Below, piece by piece: positions 58,367 to 64,000 of a DNA stretch of 64,000 nt. Numbering within the stretch: position 1 is the stretch's first letter; each line of letters opens with the position of its first letter. Origin of the DNA: Candidatus Marinacidobacterium sp. (GTDB lineage: Bacteria; Acidobacteriota; Vicinamibacteria; Marinacidobacterales; Marinacidobacteraceae); assembly GCA_965204755.1 (NCBI GenBank), contig OZ242011.1, positions 3,360,001 to 3,424,000 of the forward strand, given 5' to 3'. The notes beneath the pieces are model-generated. The model was not told the origin of the DNA, searched no databases, and worked only from the letters and a program-made list of their open reading frames with translations. Position numbers and translations under genes: made by a program.

Positions 58367-61300
58367 ATGCCCAAGACCCCCCCGTGGACGCCGTGGCGTC
58401 AAGTCGTCGAACTGAGGGACGATGTGCGCACCGGCGAACTCTCGCTCACGGAGTTCGCGGCCGACCTGCACGATGTGATGATGCAGCAGGGCGCCCGGCC
58501 GATCTACGAGGACCCGGCGCGCTTCTTCGCGCTGACCTACCCGACGCTGTCGCTGCGCGAACTGGCGCGGGATGTGGCGCTGCGCCTTGCGGGAAAGAGC
58601 ACGAAGGCCATCCGTCAACTGGAACAACCCTACGGGGGCGGCAAGACCCACACGCTGGTCACGCTGCGGCACCTCTTCCACGATCCGGCTCGTCTCCCGT
58701 CGCTGCCGGCCGTCAAGCAATTCCGTTTCGAAGTCGAGGGCGAATTGCCGGGCGCCTGCGTCGCGGCGCTCAGTTTCGACAAGTTGGATGTGCAGTTGGG
58801 GATGGAAGTCCTGGGCCCGACCGGGGAGAAGCGCCGCCTCCGCCAGCCGTGGAGCGTCCTGGCGTTCCAACTCGCCGGGGCGGACGGACTCCGGGCACTC
58901 CACGCGGATGGGCGCGACGAAGAGCGGGAGCCGCCGCCGGCCGAGCCGCTCCTGGCCGCGCTGCTGGCGAAGCCGGCGGAACGGGGGCTCGGCACGCTCG
59001 TGTTGATAGACGAGGTGTTGATGTATGCACGGGAGAAGGCGGCCGTTTCTGACCGGGACCGCGTGCGGCTCGTGGACTTCTTCCAGTACCTCACCCAGGC
59101 CGCGGCCCATGTGGATCGGTGCGTCGTGGTCGCCTCGCTGCTCGCTTCGAACCCGGAGAAGAGCGACGCTCTCGGCCGGTCGGTGAGCGCCGAGATCTCC
59201 GACATCTTCGGCCGGCAGCGCGAAGAAGGCGTGCAGCCGGTGCAGAAGGAAGATGTGGCGGAGGTGATGCGGCGCCGGTTCTTCACGCCGGAGTCCATCG
59301 CGGACCGGGAGGCGTTTCGTCCGCAGGTTTCCGGCGCGGTCAAACGGATCGCCGGGGTCCACGACGCCACCGCCGGGGAGCGCCGCAGCGAGGAAGAGCG
59401 GTTCCTTCGGAGTTACCCGTTCCACCCCGACCTCACGGACATCTTCTACAGCCGCTGGACGCAGTTGGAGCGGTTCCAGCGGACGCGCGGCATCCTCCGG
59501 GTCTTCGCCATCGCGCTGCGCGACGCCGAGGCGTGGGACGACGGGCCGCTGGTGGGGCCGGGCGCGCTGCTTCCGAAACCGGGCGCCGGCGGTATCGCCG
59601 AGGCGGCGCGCGAACTCGCGGAGGTCGCGACCCTTTCCGCCGGAGAGGAGGGCGGGAACGCCTGGAACACGGTGCTCGAAGGGGAGTTGGACAAGGCGCG
59701 GCAGATCCAGGAGGAGAGCGGGCGGCTTCGTTTCCGGGAGATGGAACAGGCGGTCGCCGCCGTGTTCCTGAGTTCGCAGCCGGCCGGGCAGAAGGCGCAC
59801 ACGCCGGAACTCGCCGCGCTCGCCGGGGCCACCGGGCCGGACCGCATCGAACTGGAGAAGGGGCTCCGCCGCTGGACCGAAGTGTCCTGGTTCCTCGACG
59901 ACGCCGAGTACGGCGACCGGGACTCGACGAAGGACCTGCCGAACGCCTGGCGGCTGGGGCAGCGGCCGAACCTGAAGCAGATGCACCACGAGGCCCGAAC
60001 CAACCGGGTCGCGGCCGAGTCGGTGGAAGCGGCGGTGCTGGAAGCCGTGCGCAGGGCCAAGAGCCTGACCGAAGGCGCGAGGGAGGCCGGGGCGCGGCTC
60101 CACCGCCTGCCGGAGTCACCGCAGGACATCGCGGACGACGGGGAGTTCCACTTCGTCGTCCTCGGGCCGAAAGCGGCGTCCGACTCCGGGAAGCCGAGCG
60201 CCGAGGCCAAGCGGTTCGTCGAAGAGAAGGCGTCGGGGGCGGATCGCCGCTGTCGAAACGCGGTCGTGGTGGCCGTTCCGTCGCGCGACGGGTTGAAGGC
60301 GCTTCAGGACGCCGCCCGCGACTTGCTCGCGTGGGACGCGGTTCGCAAGCAACTCCAGGGGGAATCCCTGGATGCGGCTCGAGAAGCGATGCTGGCGAGC
60401 GAGTCGAACAAGGCGCGGCAGCGCGTGGCCACGGGAGTGCGGCAGGCGTGGACCGTCATCGTCGGCGCCGACGAAGGCGGCGGGGTCGGCGCCTTCCGGT
60501 TGCCGCCGAGCGCCGACCCGCTCTTCCTCGCGGTGAAGGCGGACCGGCGCGCCCGGATCGAGGAGACCGCGATCGAGCCGCAGGCGCTGCTGCCGGAGGG
60601 GCCCTACGACCTCTGGCGCGAGGACGAAGAGTCGCGCCGCGTGAAGACGCTGGTGGAGGCGTTCGCGGAGGACCCCGCGCTGCCGCGCATGATCGGCCGG
60701 AAGGGGATACGGGACACGGTCAGCGCCGGCGTCCGGGAAGGCGCCTTCGTGGCTTCGCTCCGCCGCCCGGACGGCTCCGTCCGGACCTGGTGGCGGGCGA
60801 AACTCGACGAGTCGGCGTTCGAGTCGGCGGAACTCGAAGTGATCCGACCGGGAAAGGCCGGCCTCACCGCGCTGGACGCGGAGTTGCTGGCGCCGGGTGT
60901 CTTGCCGGACCTCTGGGAAGGGGACTCGGTGGAGGTCTCCCGCGTTCTCGAGTACTTCTCCGGCGGGAAGCAGGTGACCGTCCCGCGGGACGGTTTCGAG
61001 GAGTCGCTCGATGTTCCGAAGTGCCCGCGCGAGGTCGTGGAGGCCGCCGTCGCGGAGGCGGTTCGCGCCGGTTCGGTCTGGTTGCGGAACGGGCCGGCGA
61101 GTTTCCAGGGGGAAGAAGTTCCGGCGGGGGTGTTGACGGCTTCCGCGTCGCTCCGCCGCCCCATGTCTCCCCTCCCGGTGGACCGCTTCACCGAGGAGTC
61201 CTTGCCCGAGGTGTGGCGCGACGGACGGGCCAACCTGGTGGCGGTGGCGGCGGCGATCGAGGCGCAGGAGGGGCATCCGGCGCCGTGGGCGGTTCTCCGC

Positions 61301-61708
61301 CAGGGGGTCGAGAACGCGGTGCGCGCCGGGTGGCTGACGGTCGCTCCCGAGAGCGGGGGGTGGCCCTGCGAGGCGTCCGGGGCGCCGGCGGTCGTGCTCG
61401 CGCGGCCCTCGGCGCGTCCCGACCGGAAGAAACGCCGGCGGCCGGACGGGGCGCCGTTCGGGCCCTACTCGACCTCGGCCGACGGGCTGCAGGACCTGAC
61501 CGATGCCCTGCCGGAACTGCTTCGGGCGACCGCCGGCACTCCGGTGGAGTTCCGCGTCGCCGTCGTGCTCGGAAGCGGGAAGGAACCCGCCGGCCCGGAG
61601 ATCGTGGAGAAGGTGACCGCGCTGCTCGCGGGCATCCACTCCGACTTCGGCCCGAAGCCGCAGGAAGAACCGCGCTCGCTCCCCGGCGGCGCGGAAGACT
61701 CCGACTGA
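58367..61708 (+). CDS. DUF499 family AAA+ ATPase
   Basis: PWRQVV.LR.DV, FAADL, FFALTYPT, YGGGKTH, LIDEV, SYPFHP, FQRTRGILR. Confidence 0.87.
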   Translation: MPKTPPWTPWRQVVELRDDVRTGELSLTEFAADLHDVMMQQGARPIYEDPARFFALTYPTLSLRELARDVALRLAGKSTKAIRQLEQPYGGGKTHTLVTLRHLFHDPARLPSLPAVKQFRFEVEGELPGACVAALSFDKLDVQLGMEVLGPTGEKRRLRQPWSVLAFQLAGADGLRALHADGRDEEREPPPAEPLLAALLAKPAERGLGTLVLIDEVLMYAREKAAVSDRDRVRLVDFFQYLTQAAAHVDRCVVVASLLASNPEKSDALGRSVSAEISDIFGRQREEGVQPVQKEDVAEVMRRRFFTPESIADREAFRPQVSGAVKRIAGVHDATAGERRSEEERFLRSYPFHPDLTDIFYSRWTQLERFQRTRGILRVFAIALRDAEAWDDGPLVGPGALLPKPGAGGIAEAARELAEVATLSAGEEGGNAWNTVLEGELDKARQIQEESGRLRFREMEQAVAAVFLSSQPAGQKAHTPELAALAGATGPDRIELEKGLRRWTEVSWFLDDAEYGDRDSTKDLPNAWRLGQRPNLKQMHHEARTNRVAAESVEAAVLEAVRRAKSLTEGAREAGARLHRLPESPQDIADDGEFHFVVLGPKAASDSGKPSAEAKRFVEEKASGADRRCRNAVVVAVPSRDGLKALQDAARDLLAWDAVRKQLQGESLDAAREAMLASESNKARQRVATGVRQAWTVIVGADEGGGVGAFRLPPSADPLFLAVKADRRARIEETAIEPQALLPEGPYDLWREDEESRRVKTLVEAFAEDPALPRMIGRKGIRDTVSAGVREGAFVASLRRPDGSVRTWWRAKLDESAFESAELEVIRPGKAGLTALDAELLAPGVLPDLWEGDSVEVSRVLEYFSGGKQVTVPRDGFEESLDVPKCPREVVEAAVAEAVRAGSVWLRNGPASFQGEEVPAGVLTASASLRRPMSPLPVDRFTEESLPEVWRDGRANLVAVAAAIEAQEGHPAPWAVLRQGVENAVRAGWLTVAPESGGWPCEASGAPAVVLARPSARPDRKKRRRPDGAPFGPYSTSADGLQDLTDALPELLRATAGTPVEFRVAVVLGSGKEPAGPEIVEKVTALLAGIHSDFGPKPQEEPRSLPGGAEDSD

Positions 61709-61742
61709 GCCGCCGGCGCGCCCGCCACCGGGGCCGAGGCGG

Positions 61743-62891
61743 CTACGAGAACAGGCGGTCGAAGAGGGAGGTCTTGGCGTCCTCGGCGGCGGCGCCACGG
61801 CCTCCCGCCGCGCCGTCCCGGCGGCGGAGTTCGCGGTCGAGGGATTCCACCGCCTTCTTCGCTCCGGGGGACAGGTCGGTCGGGACGCGGACGCGCACGC
61901 GGATCAGGTGGTCGCCCCGGGAGCGGCTGCGGAGCACCGGGAAACCCTTCCCGCGCAGGCGGAGCACCCGTCCGGGCTGCGTTCCGGCGGGGACGCGGAG
62001 GGACTGGTCGCCCCAGATGGTGGCGATGCGGGTCTCGGTCCCGAGCGCCGCTTCCGGGAAACTGAGGGAGATCTCGCTCAGCACATCGGCGCCGCGCCGC
62101 TCGAATCCTTCCGCCGGGCGGACGCGCACCTGGACATAGAGGTCTCCCGGCGGGCCGCCCTTGCCGCCGGTTTCGCCTTCGCCGGAGATGCGGAGTTGGT
62201 TGCCGTCTTCGATCCCGGCGGGAAGCCGCACCTTGATCTCGCGTTCGCGGGAGCGGGCGCCGCGGCCCCGGCATTCGGGGCAGGGGTCGGAGATCACCTG
62301 GCCCGACCCCCGGCACGCCGAGCAGGTGCGGCTGATCATCATGAAGCCGCGGGACACGGTTTCCTGGCCGGTGCCGCTGCATCGGCCGCAGGCGAGCGGC
62401 TGCGCCCCGGCCCTCGCGCCGGTCCCGCGGCAGTCGTCGCAGGGTTCGGCGCGGCTGACCAGGATGCGTTTTTCGGTGTTCTCGCGGGGTTCGGCGAAAC
62501 CCAGGGTGACTTCGTACTGGATGTCCCGGCCGCGGGAGGCGCGCGCCCCCCGTCCGCCGGAGCGGCCGCCGAACATTTCGCCGAAGAGGTCGAAGACGCT
62601 GCCGCCGAACAGGTCCTGGAAGTCGGCGAAGACTTCGCTGTTGACCTGCGGCCCGGCGCCGCTGACTCCCGCGTGGCCGAAGCGGTCGTAGCGGGCGCGC
62701 TTCTCCCGGTCGGCGAGGACGCCGTAGGCCTCGGCGGCTTCCTTGAACGACTCCTCGGCGGCCTTGTCGCCGGGGTTCTTGTCCGGATGGTGGCGGAGCG
62801 CCAGTTTCCGGTAGGCGCGCTTGATGTCCTCCGGCGAAGCGTCCCGGCCTACGCCGAGGACCTCGTAGTAGTCGCGCCGGTCGCTCGGCAT
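61743..62891 (-). CDS. dnaJ: Chaperone DnaJ
   Basis: DYYEVLG, HPD, G/F region, four CxxCxGxG repeats. Confidence 0.97.
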   Translation of the reverse strand: MPSDRRDYYEVLGVGRDASPEDIKRAYRKLALRHHPDKNPGDKAAEESFKEAAEAYGVLADREKRARYDRFGHAGVSGAGPQVNSEVFADFQDLFGGSVFDLFGEMFGGRSGGRGARASRGRDIQYEVTLGFAEPRENTEKRILVSRAEPCDDCRGTGARAGAQPLACGRCSGTGQETVSRGFMMISRTCSACRGSGQVISDPCPECRGRGARSREREIKVRLPAGIEDGNQLRISGEGETGGKGGPPGDLYVQVRVRPAEGFERRGADVLSEISLSFPEAALGTETRIATIWGDQSLRVPAGTQPGRVLRLRGKGFPVLRSRSRGDHLIRVRVRVPTDLSPGAKKAVESLDRELRRRDGAAGGRGAAAEDAKTSLFDRLFS

Positions 62892-62922
62892 GGTGGTGGG
62901 TGTCCGCTGTGGCCCGGCGGAA

Positions 62923-63780
62923 TCAGTCCGCCGGGTCCCCGGTGGCGGGGGCGGCGTCGCCGGAGGCGCCGCCCGCTTCGGGGGGCGCGTCCCCGTCGGC
63001 CTTCCCCGCTTCCTCCGGCGCCGCCTCTTCGGGCGCCGTTTCTTCGGGGGGCGGGCCGACGGCGACGACCACCGAGGCGGGGCGTATCACCCGTCCGTCG
63101 AGGACATAGCCGCGCCGGAAGACCTCGACCACCTCGTCGTCCTGCTGTCCCGGCGCCGCCGGCATCCGGTGGACGGCCTCGTGCTGGCGGGGGTCGAAGG
63201 GGCGGCCGAGCGCCTCGATCTCGACCAGCCCCTGCCGGGCGAGCGTTTCCTCGAAGCGGCGCAGCACCAGCCGGACGCCGGTGCGAAGCGCTTCGTCCGC
63301 CCGGGCTGCCGGGTCCGGCTCCCCGGCGGTCTCGGCCGGCGCGCCGTCGTCCGCTTGGCGGGCCGCCTCGTCGGCGGCGCGCTTGAGGTCGTCCAGAACC
63401 GGCAGGAAGTGGCCGCAGACCTCCTCGACCAGCCGCGACTTCAGGTTCTGCCGCTCGGTCTCGACGCGCCGCCGCATGTTGGCGAGGTCCGCCTGGAGGC
63501 GGCGCGCCAGGTCCTTGATCTGGCTGTTCGCGTCGTTGAGTTCGTAGATCTGCCGCCGCAACTCCTCGAGGTCCGCCTGTTCGGCGGGCGCGGAGGCGTC
63601 GTCGTCGGGCGCCGGCGCGCCGTCGGCGACGACCTGGTCCGGGTCCTGGGTGAATTCCTCCTCGGCCGGCCCGTTCGCGGCGTCCTCTTCCTCGCTCCCG
63701 GAATCCTCCGCGGTCTCTTCCTCGGACACTTCGTCCGGGGCGGCGGGTTTGGAAGCGGACTCGGGAGGCGCGTCACTCAT
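62923..63780 (-). CDS. grpE: Nucleotide exchange factor GrpE
   Basis: [41 protein letters not shown]; acidic tails. Confidence 0.93.
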   Translation of the reverse strand: MSDAPPESASKPAAPDEVSEEETAEDSGSEEEDAANGPAEEEFTQDPDQVVADGAPAPDDDASAPAEQADLEELRRQIYELNDANSQIKDLARRLQADLANMRRRVETERQNLKSRLVEEVCGHFLPVLDDLKRAADEAARQADDGAPAETAGEPDPAARADEALRTGVRLVLRRFEETLARQGLVEIEALGRPFDPRQHEAVHRMPAAPGQQDDEVVEVFRRGYVLDGRVIRPASVVVAVGPPPEETAPEEAAPEEAGKADGDAPPEAGGASGDAAPATGDPAD

Positions 63781-63909
63781 GCGATGGAGAGGGGGAGCGT
63801 GGGGCCGGGTTGGGTTGGGTTCGGGCAGGGCGCCGGGCGACCGGCGGAAACTCGACGGGGCCGGAGGACTCGTTTCCTCGAACGGGCCGCGATCGCGGGA
63901 AAGCCTTTC

Positions 63910-63919
63910 AGATTAGCAC
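63910..63919 (-). promoter_or_regulatory. Putative extended -10 (TGcTAATCT) for grpE-dnaJ, coinciding with a CIRCE half-site GTGCTAA
   Basis: Plus strand AGATTAGCAC at 63910-63919. Confidence 0.35.
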
Positions 63920-64000
63920 GGGGTCGGCGGGTTGCCGCGCCGCGAATTCCTCGCCGCCGAAGACGCGTCGAAACGCCGCGATCAGCGCTTCGGCCACCGC

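Larger units (their letters stand above)
47527..61708 (+). mobile_element. Putative defence island inserted between dnaJ and rsmE
   Basis: Five co-oriented defence genes opposite to the flanking grpE-dnaJ and rsmE; dif-like site at the left end; no integrase seen. Confidence 0.5.

Noticed and set aside
47640-61708. Classical BREX or DISARM
   Set aside because: No PglZ, BrxA/B/L, DrmA/B or phospholipase D gene; the module is only BREX-related.
63913-63939. Full CIRCE element upstream of grpE
   Set aside because: Only TTAGCAC matches; the second arm does not fit TTAGCACTC-N9-GAGTGCTAA.

Overview
Very GC-rich bacterial chromosomal segment. Housekeeping and metabolic genes (D-aminoacylase, cystathionine beta-synthase, ETF-QO, an aconitase-family fusion, UGPase, YgfZ-like protein, GH2 and GH63-like glycosidases, fumC, rsmE, dnaJ, grpE) are interleaved with many anti-phage/restriction genes. 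There are two large defence clusters. (1) 12.2-25.2 kb: AccI-family type II R-M led by a ribbon-helix-helix regulator, rmuC, a decayed autotransporter, DarTG, and a type III-like res/mod pair whose mod gene carries an 8-bp tandem repeat. (2) 47.5-61.7 kb: a five-gene operon (HTH-SNF2-DUF3883, OLD-family nuclease, UvrD helicase, DUF1156 methyltransferase, DUF499 ATPase), i.e. a Gabija-like pair nested inside a BREX-related DUF499/DUF1156 system. It lies between dnaJ and rsmE, next to an AT-rich patch with a dif-like site and a perfect DnaA box. Smaller inserts are an ABC-ATPase + PIN pair, a standalone ATPase-TOPRIM gene, AlbA/RecG-C genes and a decayed ATPase cassette. By eye, core genes avoid GTMKAC, ACGT and AGCT, and the few copies seen lie mostly in defence DNA. 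No rRNA, tRNA, CRISPR array, integrase or transposase was seen. All family calls come from motif recognition by eye, not database searches.
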